From: an uncultured Granulosicoccaceae bacterium
GTDB lineage: Bacteria > Pseudomonadota > Gammaproteobacteria > Granulosicoccales > Granulosicoccaceae
Direction: 5' to 3'
Assembly: GCA_964593315.1 (NCBI GenBank)
Contig: CAZQKJ010000001.1
Location: forward strand, 1 to 40,849
Length of the DNA: 40,849 nt
Shown: in pieces, positions 7,931 through 16,654 of the stretch
How the letters are laid out: every line of letters begins with the position of its first letter
Numbering within the stretch: position 1 is the stretch's first letter
Notes under the pieces: model-generated
Told to the model about the DNA's origin: nothing
The model's input: only the letters and a program-made list of their open reading frames with translations
Database searches by the model: none
Position numbers and translations under genes: made by a program

Positions 7931-9568
7931 ATGAATCCGGCAGTCAAAGATGTACTAGATCAGTTGAGCATTGATGGCAATACATCTATCACTCTGCCGA
8001 TACACTTTAATTTTGCCTTCGACATCATTGACTATCAGGCAGATCACGATGACAAAACGGCTTATGTAGAAGTCAACTCTGATGGATCAAAGATTGTTGA
8101 GCACAGCTTTTCGCAGCTTAAGAGTAGATCAGCACGTGTTGCATCTGCGCTCCGAGATACAGGTATTGAACACGGCGAATTTGCAGTCGTTATTCTGCCG
8201 AGAATTCCAGCCTGGTATGAAGTTATTATCGGCTGCGCCAAGGCGGGCGTTGTATCTATGCCCGGTACTAATCTGCTCACTGCCAAAGATATCGAGTATC
8301 GGATAAAAAAGGCAGAAGCCAGCACCGTGATTGTCAGTACTGAACACGTTGAGAAAATTGAAGCAATAAAAGCCAATTGCCCTACCTTAAAGCATTTCAT
8401 TGTGGTAGGAGAATCTTCAAACAACAACTGGTTGAACTACGAAGATGCACTGGCACGTGCCAATGACAGCTTCACCCGTGAGAGCACCCAACAGACCAGC
8501 AACGATGATCTGATGATGGCCTATTTTACATCTGGCACTACATCTGACCCCAAGCTGGTAACACGCAATTACGGTTATGGGCTGGCACATGTTGCAACAG
8601 GTGCTTATTGGCTGGACTTGAAACGCGATGATCTGCACTGGACACTGTCAGACACAGGCTGGGCCAAAGCTGCATGGGGTATGCTTTACGCGCCGTGGTT
8701 AATGGGCAGTGCAATGGTACTATTTAATGGCAGCGGCTTTGATGCAGAGCTACATTTGAACTTAATCAAAAAGCTCAAGGTCACTACCTTCTGCGCTCCT
8801 CCAACAGTTTTTCGGCTCTTTGCACAAATGCAGCTCGGCGATTACGATCTATCTTCTATTCGCCACACTGTCAGTGCCGGAGAGCCGTTAAACCCTGAAG
8901 CGATCCGAGTTTGGGAAGAAGCCACGGGCACCACTATTCACGATGGCTATGGTCAAACTGAAACCGTTAATATCGTCGCCAATCGACCGGGCATTGAAGT
9001 GCGCCACGGCTCAATGGGTAAACCGGTACCAGGCTTTGAAGTCGAAGTGATCGATGATGAAGGCAAACGTGTTAACGACGATGAGATAGGTCATATCGCA
9101 ATGAGGATCACAGATCCTGCCCCGATAGGATTATTCGATGGGTATTATGAAAGCCGTACAGAACGCAACCGCAGTGCTTTTAAAAACGGCTATTACTATA
9201 CAGGTGATACCGCTACCCGTGATGCAGAAGGATATATCTGGTTCGTTGGACGCTCTGATGACATCATCAGCTCAGCGGGTTATCGAATCAGCCCGTTTGA
9301 AGTAGAAAGCGTCCTGATGGAACATCCGGCGGTTGTAGAGTCTGCTGTTGTCGCCAAACCAGATGAATTGCGTGGCCATATTGTCAAGGCGTTTCTGGTT
9401 CTGGGTGAAGGCTATACTCCCAGTGAAGAATTGACCGGTGAAATACAGGAGTTTGTTAAGAGCAATACCGCGCCCTACAAATACCCGCGCGAAATCTCTT
9501 ACCGTGACTCACTGCCCAAGACTATATCCTCCAAGATCCGACGCGTAGAGCTACGAGAAGACGATTAA
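7931..9568 (+). CDS. AMP-forming acyl-CoA synthetase (medium-chain/ACSM-like)
   Basis: ANL-superfamily motifs are present: YFTSGTTSDPKLV, GYGQTE, YYTGD, GRSDDIISSAGYRISPFEVES and PKTISSKIRR. Confidence 0.9.
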   Translation: MNPAVKDVLDQLSIDGNTSITLPIHFNFAFDIIDYQADHDDKTAYVEVNSDGSKIVEHSFSQLKSRSARVASALRDTGIEHGEFAVVILPRIPAWYEVIIGCAKAGVVSMPGTNLLTAKDIEYRIKKAEASTVIVSTEHVEKIEAIKANCPTLKHFIVVGESSNNNWLNYEDALARANDSFTRESTQQTSNDDLMMAYFTSGTTSDPKLVTRNYGYGLAHVATGAYWLDLKRDDLHWTLSDTGWAKAAWGMLYAPWLMGSAMVLFNGSGFDAELHLNLIKKLKVTTFCAPPTVFRLFAQMQLGDYDLSSIRHTVSAGEPLNPEAIRVWEEATGTTIHDGYGQTETVNIVANRPGIEVRHGSMGKPVPGFEVEVIDDEGKRVNDDEIGHIAMRITDPAPIGLFDGYYESRTERNRSAFKNGYYYTGDTATRDAEGYIWFVGRSDDIISSAGYRISPFEVESVLMEHPAVVESAVVAKPDELRGHIVKAFLVLGEGYTPSEELTGEIQEFVKSNTAPYKYPREISYRDSLPKTISSKIRRVELREDD

Positions 9569-9599
9569 GTAATCAAAGTAGCGGCCAGCAGCGGTGTAT

Positions 9600-10139
9600 T
9601 CAACCACCAACTTTTGCATACACCAGTGTATTACTCAGTTCACCGCCAGGCAGACGCCGTTCATTTTGTAGCTCTGCCTCTTTACTATAGCCGCATTTCT
9701 CTGCAACCGATCTACTCTTAACATTGCTCGATGCCATTCTGATTTCCAGTCGTTTGGCATTTTTTTGCTCAAATGCATACTGTTCAAGTAATACAACAGC
9801 TTCTGTGGCATAACCATTACCCACCTTAGAACTTCTTATCCAGTATCCGATTTCAAAGAATGGCACATCAGGGTCCCTGACCACTAATCCAATCGCACCG
9901 ATGAGCGCTGCGTTACTGATATTGATAATATAGAACCGCACTTCAGCTTCAAATGCCCGATAGTTCTCAATGGCAGTCTGCATATTTTTCTCAGGATCTT
10001 GCATGGCAGATTCAATCCACCCGAGATACTCGCTTAACTCCACTGCACTTTCACGTGTCGCATCCACAGAATCCCGTACCAAATCCATCGATGGTGGAAC
10101 CAGTTTTATTCGTGTGCTTTTCATCATACGATCTGACAC
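9600..10139 (-). CDS. GNAT family N-acetyltransferase (RimJ/RimL-like)
   Basis: It has the typical RimJ-like layout: TRIKLVPPS.., IGAIGL..., and EIGYWIRSSKVGNGYATEAV (the acetyl-CoA loop). Confidence 0.85.
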   Translation of the reverse strand: MSDRMMKSTRIKLVPPSMDLVRDSVDATRESAVELSEYLGWIESAMQDPEKNMQTAIENYRAFEAEVRFYIINISNAALIGAIGLVVRDPDVPFFEIGYWIRSSKVGNGYATEAVVLLEQYAFEQKNAKRLEIRMASSNVKSRSVAEKCGYSKEAELQNERRLPGGELSNTLVYAKVGG

Positions 10140-10331
10140 CTGTTAAACAGAAAGTTAAGCTTATCAGCTACTCATTCAAGACCATAGTATCCAGACCAGG
10201 ATCTTTTCCTGTGACGGAGGAAAGACTATCGGTATGAAGACAGGTAATCTATACACGCTCTAACTGTCAGTTATACTATCACCGTTATATGTTATCCACT
10301 GACCGGAATCCCCACTACAGGAGATCAAACT

Positions 10332-11003
10332 TTGAAACGTCCTGCTTTATTGGGGCAAGCTACAATCGCTGGCAGTGATCGAGTATTAAAACTATTTCAA
10401 AGCAAAGACGATTGCAGCATTGTTATTTCCGGGCGCGGCGAGCTCATGTCTACTCGCAAGCACGCTTCTGAAGATGCACTGGGTACACTGCCCTGTCAAA
10501 TGATCACTCAAACCCATGCTGCCGCAGTGTTGATTGGTGGCCTCGGCATGGGCTTTACCTTAGCTGCCGCATTGAAGGCAACCGGCAAAGATGCACAGAT
10601 TGTTGTTGCCGAACTGGTTCCGGAGATCATTGAATGGAACAAGGGTCCGTTAGGCAGATACTCCGGCTACCCGTTGGATGATCCTCGAACTACTGTCTAT
10701 CAAGGGGATGTCTGCGATCTGCTGCGACGTTCTGAACCACACTACGATATCATAGCGCTTGACGTAGATAATGGCCCGGAGGCATTGAGCTCTAACGCTA
10801 ATGAGTGGTTATACTCTACAGAGGGAATTGGGTGTGCTTGTCAGTGTTTGAAGCCAGGTGGAGTACTTGCTTACTGGTCTGCGAGTGCGGATATAGTTTT
10901 TACCAAGCGTTTAAGTGACTGTGGCTTACAAGTGAAAGAAGAATCCGTATTCGCACACGGAAGCAAAGGTACAAAACACATGATCTGGCTTGCGCAGTGC
11001 TGA
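10332..11003 (+). CDS. Spermidine-synthase-like SAM-dependent methyltransferase-fold protein
   Basis: A TTG start has AGGAG 8 nt upstream. The Rossmann motif is VLIGGLGMGFTLAAAL, followed by VVAELVPEII.WN and DIIALDVDNGP. Confidence 0.7.
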   Translation: MKRPALLGQATIAGSDRVLKLFQSKDDCSIVISGRGELMSTRKHASEDALGTLPCQMITQTHAAAVLIGGLGMGFTLAAALKATGKDAQIVVAELVPEIIEWNKGPLGRYSGYPLDDPRTTVYQGDVCDLLRRSEPHYDIIALDVDNGPEALSSNANEWLYSTEGIGCACQCLKPGGVLAYWSASADIVFTKRLSDCGLQVKEESVFAHGSKGTKHMIWLAQC

Positions 11004-11027
11004 AACCATCGGTGAATCGCTAATACT

Positions 11028-11786
11028 GTGCCTGATATTACCTCTCTACTGGCAGAGCCAGTCACTCTGGGTTTGTTGTTTCTTGCGGCTTTTCTAATCG
11101 GTCTGTCCAAAGGCGGACTACCCGCCATTGGTATGCTGAGCGTCCCGATACTATCAATCACCATGTCACCGCTCATCGCCGCGATACTGCTGTTGCCAAT
11201 ATACATACTTTCTGACCTTGTCAGTGTCTGGCTCTACCGCCGCGAGTACAGCCTGGAGAATATAAGAATACTGATACCAGCCGGTATTGCAGGAGTGCTT
11301 ATCGGTTGGGCAACCGCCTCTGTGGTGTCAGATCGAGTGGTGGCACTAATGATCGGAGTAATGGGAATTACTTTTTGCCTTTACACCTGGTTTATAAAGA
11401 AAACAGACAGCGTTGCAAAATCTGCCAATGTAAAAAAGGGCTTGCTGTGGGGAACACTATCGGGCTTCACCAGTTTTGTATCACACGCAGGTGCACCACC
11501 TTTTCAGATTTATGTGCTGCCGCAAAAGCTGCCAAAGATGGTGTTCGCAGGCACAACAACGATGGTATTTGCAGCCGTTAATCTCGCCAAGATTATTCCC
11601 TATTCAAAGCTTCAGCCCTACACCACCTCAACACTTGAAGTATCGCTCTATCTGCTGCCACTGGCGGCATTAGGTACTGTGGTTGGCAAAAAACTGATAG
11701 AACACCTCGCCGAGAAATGGTTTTTTCTGACGGTGCAGATTGCGCTGTTTGTCATCTCGCTCAAGCTTGTGTACTCATCGGTATAG
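11028..11786 (+). CDS. TauE/SafE (TSUP, DUF81) family anion exporter membrane protein
   Basis: It is a polytopic membrane protein of about 8 TMs with the family N-terminus FLIGLSKGGLPAIGML and an internal repeat (GFTSFVSHAGAPPF). Confidence 0.85.
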   Translation: MPDITSLLAEPVTLGLLFLAAFLIGLSKGGLPAIGMLSVPILSITMSPLIAAILLLPIYILSDLVSVWLYRREYSLENIRILIPAGIAGVLIGWATASVVSDRVVALMIGVMGITFCLYTWFIKKTDSVAKSANVKKGLLWGTLSGFTSFVSHAGAPPFQIYVLPQKLPKMVFAGTTTMVFAAVNLAKIIPYSKLQPYTTSTLEVSLYLLPLAALGTVVGKKLIEHLAEKWFFLTVQIALFVISLKLVYSSV

Positions 11787-11802
11787 ATGGCTACCAATGG
11801 CT

Positions 11803-13533
11803 TTAGAAAATGGCTGGCTCGTCTACCGCATCCCCGTGGGATGTCTCCAGAAAATCAAAATCACAACCACTGTCGGCCTGTAAGATATGGTTACTGAACA
11901 TCCAGCCATAGCCGCGTTCGTATCTGGGTTGAGGTGCTTGCCATGCATCCTGACGTTTTTTAAGTTCTGCAGCGTCAACCTTAAAATCGATAGTCCTTGC
12001 GGGCACATCAACTACGACTATATCCCCGGTTTTGACCAGTGCCAGCGGCCCACCCACGTATGACTCAGGTGCAACATGCAAGATACACGCACCATAGCTG
12101 GTGCCACTCATCCGCGCATCCGAGATCCGCACCATGTCACGTACGCCCTTACGGAGTAATTTCTTCGGGATCGGCAACATGCCCCACTCAGGCATGCCTG
12201 GCCCGCCTTTAGGGCCCGCGTTACGTAAAATCAGTACCGTGTTTTCATCAACATCGAGATCGTCATCATCTATGTTGGCTTTCATGTCTGCATAGCTGTC
12301 AAATACCAGTGCTGGCCCCTCGTGCTGCAACAAACGCGGCTCACAGGCGGAGGGCTTTATCACACAACCATCCGGTGCCAGTGAACCTTTCAGTACCGCA
12401 AGCGCGCCCTCTGCGTAGATCGGGTTGCTGGTAGGTCGTATCACATCATCGTTATACACTTCAGCACGCGCAAGTGCTTCGGACCAGGTCTTACCTGATA
12501 CCGTCATACAATCAGTATGCAGTTCATCTTCTATACGCGATAACATGGCCGGCAGACCTCCGGCGTAGAAGAAATCTTCCATCAGATAGGTGTCCCCACT
12601 GGGGCGGATATTTGCGATCACCGGTACGCGACGACTTTTAGCTTCAAAGTCTGCAAGACTCAAATCAATACCGCTGCGACGAGCCATAGCTATTAGATGG
12701 ATAATCGCATTGGTAGAACAACCCATAGCCATCGCTGCTGTAACCCCATTTTGATAGGCGTTGGCACTGAGAATATCGGAGGGTTTAAAGTCATCCCATA
12801 CCATCTCGACAATGCGGCGCCCGGAGGCACTGCACATTCTTATGTGGTTAGAATCTGCAGCCGGAATAGAGCTCGCACCATTGAGGCACATACCAATACT
12901 GTCTGCGATTGACATCATCGTTGCTGCAGTACCCATGGTCATACAGGTGCCGTAGGATCGGGCTATACCACCCATCACTTCATTCCAGTCCTGTTGGTCA
13001 ATTTCACCGGCACGCAGATCATCCCAGTATTTCCAGGAGTCAGATCCCGAACCGAGCGTCTTACCCTTCCAGTGACCTCGCAGCATCGGACCAGCGGGAA
13101 CGTAGATCGCAGGAATATCCATACTAATCGCGCCCATTAAAAGTGCCGGTGTAGTTTTGTCACAACCGCCCATCAACACTGCGCCATCGATTGGATGACT
13201 GCGCAGCAGCTCTTCAGTCTCCATAGCGAGGAAGTTTCGATACAGCATGGTCGAGGGCTTTACAATCGGTTCTGACAGGGAAATAGCAGGCAGCTCCAGA
13301 GGTAATCCACCGGCTTGAAATACCCCGCGTTTGATATCGTCCACCCGGTGCTTAAAGTGTGAATGGCATTGATTGATATCCGACCAGGTATTGACGATGG
13401 CAATTACCGGCCGCCCCTGCCAGTCATCTTCGCCATAGCCCATTTGCATGAAACGCGAACGATGACTGGAGGAGCGCAGGTCATCCTCACCCAACCAGCG
13501 GTAGCTTCTGAGAGATTCGGGACTTTTTTTCAT
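11803..13533 (-). CDS. IlvD/Edd family dehydratase (dihydroxy-acid or sugar-acid dehydratase)
   Basis: Motifs read: MGGCDKTTPALLMGA, GTCMTMGTAATM, and the C-terminal DARMSGTSYG. I place the start at ATG 13533 (MKKSPESLRSYRWLGEDD..), which matches the family N-terminus. The ORF track extends it to TTG 13602. Confidence 0.9.
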   Translation of the reverse strand: MKKSPESLRSYRWLGEDDLRSSSHRSRFMQMGYGEDDWQGRPVIAIVNTWSDINQCHSHFKHRVDDIKRGVFQAGGLPLELPAISLSEPIVKPSTMLYRNFLAMETEELLRSHPIDGAVLMGGCDKTTPALLMGAISMDIPAIYVPAGPMLRGHWKGKTLGSGSDSWKYWDDLRAGEIDQQDWNEVMGGIARSYGTCMTMGTAATMMSIADSIGMCLNGASSIPAADSNHIRMCSASGRRIVEMVWDDFKPSDILSANAYQNGVTAAMAMGCSTNAIIHLIAMARRSGIDLSLADFEAKSRRVPVIANIRPSGDTYLMEDFFYAGGLPAMLSRIEDELHTDCMTVSGKTWSEALARAEVYNDDVIRPTSNPIYAEGALAVLKGSLAPDGCVIKPSACEPRLLQHEGPALVFDSYADMKANIDDDDLDVDENTVLILRNAGPKGGPGMPEWGMLPIPKKLLRKGVRDMVRISDARMSGTSYGACILHVAPESYVGGPLALVKTGDIVVVDVPARTIDFKVDAAELKKRQDAWQAPQPRYERGYGWMFSNHILQADSGCDFDFLETSHGDAVDEPAIF

Positions 13534-13663
13534 GAATTTTGATCGGATAAAAGGTACGGGTAGTGTACCTGTGCTGGCAGCTGTGAGTCGAACCGGTACC
13601 AATTTTTCATCGGCAGCTCTAGAATAGAGCCAACTTCAATCAAACAGAACTCAGGAGAACAAC

Positions 13664-14104
13664 ATGACCTGGAGCGTATACCTCTCTGGAGAGATCCACA
13701 CCGACTGGCGCCATCAGATTTCGAGCGGTTGTCAGGCCTTGAACCTGCCAGTAAGCTTTTGCTCCGCTGTCACCGATCACGACGCGAGTGACGCCGCTGG
13801 AGATGTGCTCGGCGCTGAATCTGACAATTTCTGGCGTGATCACAAGTCATCCAAAGTGAACAGTATTCGCACACGAAACCTGATTGCTAATTGTGATATC
13901 GCCGTGGTGCGTTTTGGTGAAAAGTACAAGCAATGGAATGCAGCTTTTGATGCGGGGCAACTGGCAGCACTCGGCAAGCCCTACATCACACTGCACGATG
14001 AAGACATCATACATCCGCTTAAAGAGGTAGACGGTGCTGCGATGGGTTGGGCTAAAACACCAGAGCAAGTAGTCGAGATACTCAAATACGTGACCACAGC
14101 CTGA
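13664..14104 (+). CDS. YtoQ family protein (nucleoside 2-deoxyribosyltransferase-like fold)
   Basis: AGGAG lies upstream. VYLSGEIHTDWR...FGEKYKQWNAAFDAG...GKP matches my recollection of B. subtilis YtoQ. Confidence 0.8.
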   Translation: MTWSVYLSGEIHTDWRHQISSGCQALNLPVSFCSAVTDHDASDAAGDVLGAESDNFWRDHKSSKVNSIRTRNLIANCDIAVVRFGEKYKQWNAAFDAGQLAALGKPYITLHDEDIIHPLKEVDGAAMGWAKTPEQVVEILKYVTTA

Positions 14105-14119
14105 AGTATCCTCAGTCCA

Positions 14120-14419
14120 ATGAGCCGAAAAGCTGAAAAAATTTCAGTTGAAAATGTCAATGTACCAGGCAGCCAGAATCGTGTTGATGCTGAAAAATAC
14201 AACGAGATGAAAACAGCCATGCTCAAGGTATTGCCAGGCAAAGCACCAGGCTTTACCCATGCAGAAATGTGTGAGGCGGTAAAACTTCATCTGGCAGACT
14301 CGATATTCCCAAATGGTGAAAAAGTCGCATGGTGGTCAAAGACAGTACAGCTGGATCTTGAAGCCAAAGGCATTCTCAGTCGGGAGGCATCAAAACCTTT
14401 GCGCTGGCACAAAACTTAA
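14120..14419 (+). CDS. Conserved hypothetical protein (99 aa)
   Basis: It starts 15 nt after the ytoQ-like stop on the same strand. The composition is globular with no TM helix. I do not recognise a family with confidence. Confidence 0.55.
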   Translation: MSRKAEKISVENVNVPGSQNRVDAEKYNEMKTAMLKVLPGKAPGFTHAEMCEAVKLHLADSIFPNGEKVAWWSKTVQLDLEAKGILSREASKPLRWHKT

Positions 14420-14652
14420 ACTCAGCATACCCGGCTCGCCCTGGATTAAGACAGGATAAAATTGGCTGGCAAAGAAGCACAACAATACTACCGGTCAGCT
14501 TTACTTAATGAGCTGCGCACTGCACTAATGCACACTTTAACTACGAAAGGAGTACCTCATCATTGGCATTTTTTTATCGTCGTCGCAAAAGTAGTCTGAC
14601 GATCCAATACCACTGCAGCTGCCAGATGCAAGTGCAGCGATGATATGCGATT

Positions 14653-15093
14653 ATGCTAACCATACTGCCAAATAAGACTCAGCTCGATCAGCTTGCAGGC
14701 ATGGCTAAGGCATTGGCGTTACAACGGAGGATTTTTAAGGTGTCGGACAACAATCTGGATAAACTGGTAGCCTCGGCCCGCGCTGACTACCAGAAGCGCG
14801 AAGACGGTTACCGACAACGTGCGTTGAAAATGTACCCATGGGTGTGCGGTCGCTGCATGCGTGAATTTGACAACAGCAATGTACGCGAGCTTACCGTGCA
14901 CCACCGGGATCACAATCACGATAACAACCCTGAAGACGGTACAAACTGGGAATTATTATGTGTGTTCTGCCACGACAACGAACACCAGCGATTTGTTGAA
15001 CAAATAACCTACGGCGAAGACGCGGCTTCAGTAACTACTCACAATCCGTTTGCAGACCTGAAAAATATGATAGATAAAAAAGACGGACAATAG
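14653..15093 (+). CDS. yajD: HNH endonuclease family protein YajD
   Basis: GYRQRALKMYPWVCGRCMREFDNSNVRELTVHHRDHNHDNNPEDGTNWELLCVFCHDNEHQR and the C-terminal NPFADLKNMI closely parallel E. coli YajD. The start is uncertain (ATG 14653 or ATG 14701), and neither has a good SD. Confidence 0.85.
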   Translation: MLTILPNKTQLDQLAGMAKALALQRRIFKVSDNNLDKLVASARADYQKREDGYRQRALKMYPWVCGRCMREFDNSNVRELTVHHRDHNHDNNPEDGTNWELLCVFCHDNEHQRFVEQITYGEDAASVTTHNPFADLKNMIDKKDGQ

Positions 15094-15122
15094 TCAGGCA
15101 CTCTCAATGCTGCTCTCGGCCA

Positions 15123-15596
15123 CTACAGGTCACCAAATTTATCTCTCACATACTGCGGTATCTGATCTTTTGATGGAATAGGTGTAGATTTTCCCTCTTC
15201 ATCAACAGCGACAAAAGTAAATGTAGCATCCGTAACTTTCTCACGAATACCGATGCGATCTCGCCGCACCCACGCCTCAACCAGTATATCCATAGAAGAT
15301 CTTCCAATACGGGTAGTTGTGGTATACACACCCAGAATGTCTCCCACTTTAACCGGCCGGTAAAAATGCATACCGTCTATGGCAGCCGTGACGACTCTGC
15401 CCTGTGATCGTTGACCCGCGCAGATGCCAGCGGCGATATCCATCTGTGACAGCACCCAGCCTCCAAATATATCACCGGCAGCATTGGTATCACCGGGCAT
15501 TGCCATAGTGCGAGTTGTGGGGGATCGAGCGGGTGGCTCAGTTCCGGCGTCGTCAGTCATAGTCATATTTTCAGGCCTTACAAAACGCTGGACCAT
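15123..15596 (-). CDS. Acyl-CoA thioesterase, YciA-like hotdog fold
   Basis: MPGDTNAAGDIFGGWVLSQMDIAAG and the rest of the hotdog core are present. Alternative starts lie at 15566 and 15560. Confidence 0.85.
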   Translation of the reverse strand: MVQRFVRPENMTMTDDAGTEPPARSPTTRTMAMPGDTNAAGDIFGGWVLSQMDIAAGICAGQRSQGRVVTAAIDGMHFYRPVKVGDILGVYTTTTRIGRSSMDILVEAWVRRDRIGIREKVTDATFTFVAVDEEGKSTPIPSKDQIPQYVRDKFGDL

Positions 15597-15646
15597 AGCA
15601 TCCCCGACTGTCTGCTATCCAATAAGACCCGTTACCAATCCGGAAG

Positions 15647-15937
15647 CTAGCGCAATCCATCCTCACCGATAGCATCAGATGCTTCAGGGCCGCCTAACCT
15701 GGGTAGCGGCCTGCCGGGGTCTGTTACCGCAATAGCCACCATAATTTCTGAAGCTCTGGGCGCATCGACGATTGACACTTCCATGCCATCAAAGTGACTG
15801 CGGACGTAGGTTGCATCTTAATGCCCCAAAGGTACATCCAGTGGTTGTCCGCAGCTCCCCATCTTTTTACCCGACGGCACCAACGCTGCACCTTTTTCTA
15901 CAGCCTGCCGCAGCGGCGCACCCAGTGAAACAGAGCA
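15647..15937 (-). pseudogene. Decayed partial paralog of the adjacent DUF1185 gene (C-terminal ~95 codons, internal stop)
   Basis: The minus-strand translation is CSVSLGAPLRQAVEKGAALVPSGKKMGSCGQPLDVPLGH*DATYVRSHFDGMEVSIVDAPRASEIMVAIAVTDPGRPLPRLGGPEASDAIGEDGLR*. It aligns with residues ~100-194 of the 15938..16522 product (..IVPSTKKVGAPGTKLDVPMTHTNASYVRSHFDAMEVGVNDAPRANE..GEDGLR*). There is an in-frame TAA at 15818-15820. The fragment starts directly after the intact gene's stop, in the same frame. Confidence 0.6.
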
Positions 15938-16522
15938 TTAACGCAAACCGTCTTCACCGACTACATCCTTCGCATCCAGCCCACCCGCTCTATTGTGTAT
16001 TCTTTCACCAGTAGACATAACCAGCACCAATACCAGCTCGTTGGCACGCGGCGCATCGTTCACACCGACTTCCATGGCATCAAAGTGGGATCGAACGTAT
16101 GACGCATTGGTGTGTGTCATTGGTACATCGAGCTTGGTACCCGGTGCACCGACTTTCTTAGTCGACGGTACAATTGCCATACTGTCCCTGATAAGTTCCC
16201 GCATAGAATATCCACCAGGTACGTGCCAAAGCGCACCGTGTTCTATCTCGCCAGCCTCACCTACTATCGCGCCTTTGCCATACCCTTGTATGTCACCCGC
16301 ATTGCCGCCGAGTGCCTCAATCAGCTTGCCCGCCATCTCTACACCTAACGGTTTAAGATCATCCATAAATCCCGCTATCTCAGCTTCGTATCTGCCAGCG
16401 TACGGATTTTCTATCACGGCAAGGCACGAAGCCTTACGCAGCGGATTCTCTGCAACCGGTCCACCTTCGTGAAAAGTTTCTTCCACACTGACCAGCATCT
16501 TGCGTATTTTTACCTCAGGCAT
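15938..16522 (-). CDS. Amino acid synthesis family protein (DUF1185)
   Basis: The 194-aa product has the family-typical N-terminus (IRK....VEE..HEGGP........A.AVI.NPYAGRY) and the C-terminal YVRSHFDAMEV block. Confidence 0.8.
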   Translation of the reverse strand: MPEVKIRKMLVSVEETFHEGGPVAENPLRKASCLAVIENPYAGRYEAEIAGFMDDLKPLGVEMAGKLIEALGGNAGDIQGYGKGAIVGEAGEIEHGALWHVPGGYSMRELIRDSMAIVPSTKKVGAPGTKLDVPMTHTNASYVRSHFDAMEVGVNDAPRANELVLVLVMSTGERIHNRAGGLDAKDVVGEDGLR

Positions 16523-16654
16523 TGGTAAATCCTCTTTGTTGTTTGACTATTCGGGTATCAGTGGGTCTATCGAGGCTAACTTTTAACCTTCTGATGTTTA
16601 CTGGACTGATGTTTTTTGGGCGGATTCTGATCCCACATAGAGTGATGCGCCCGA

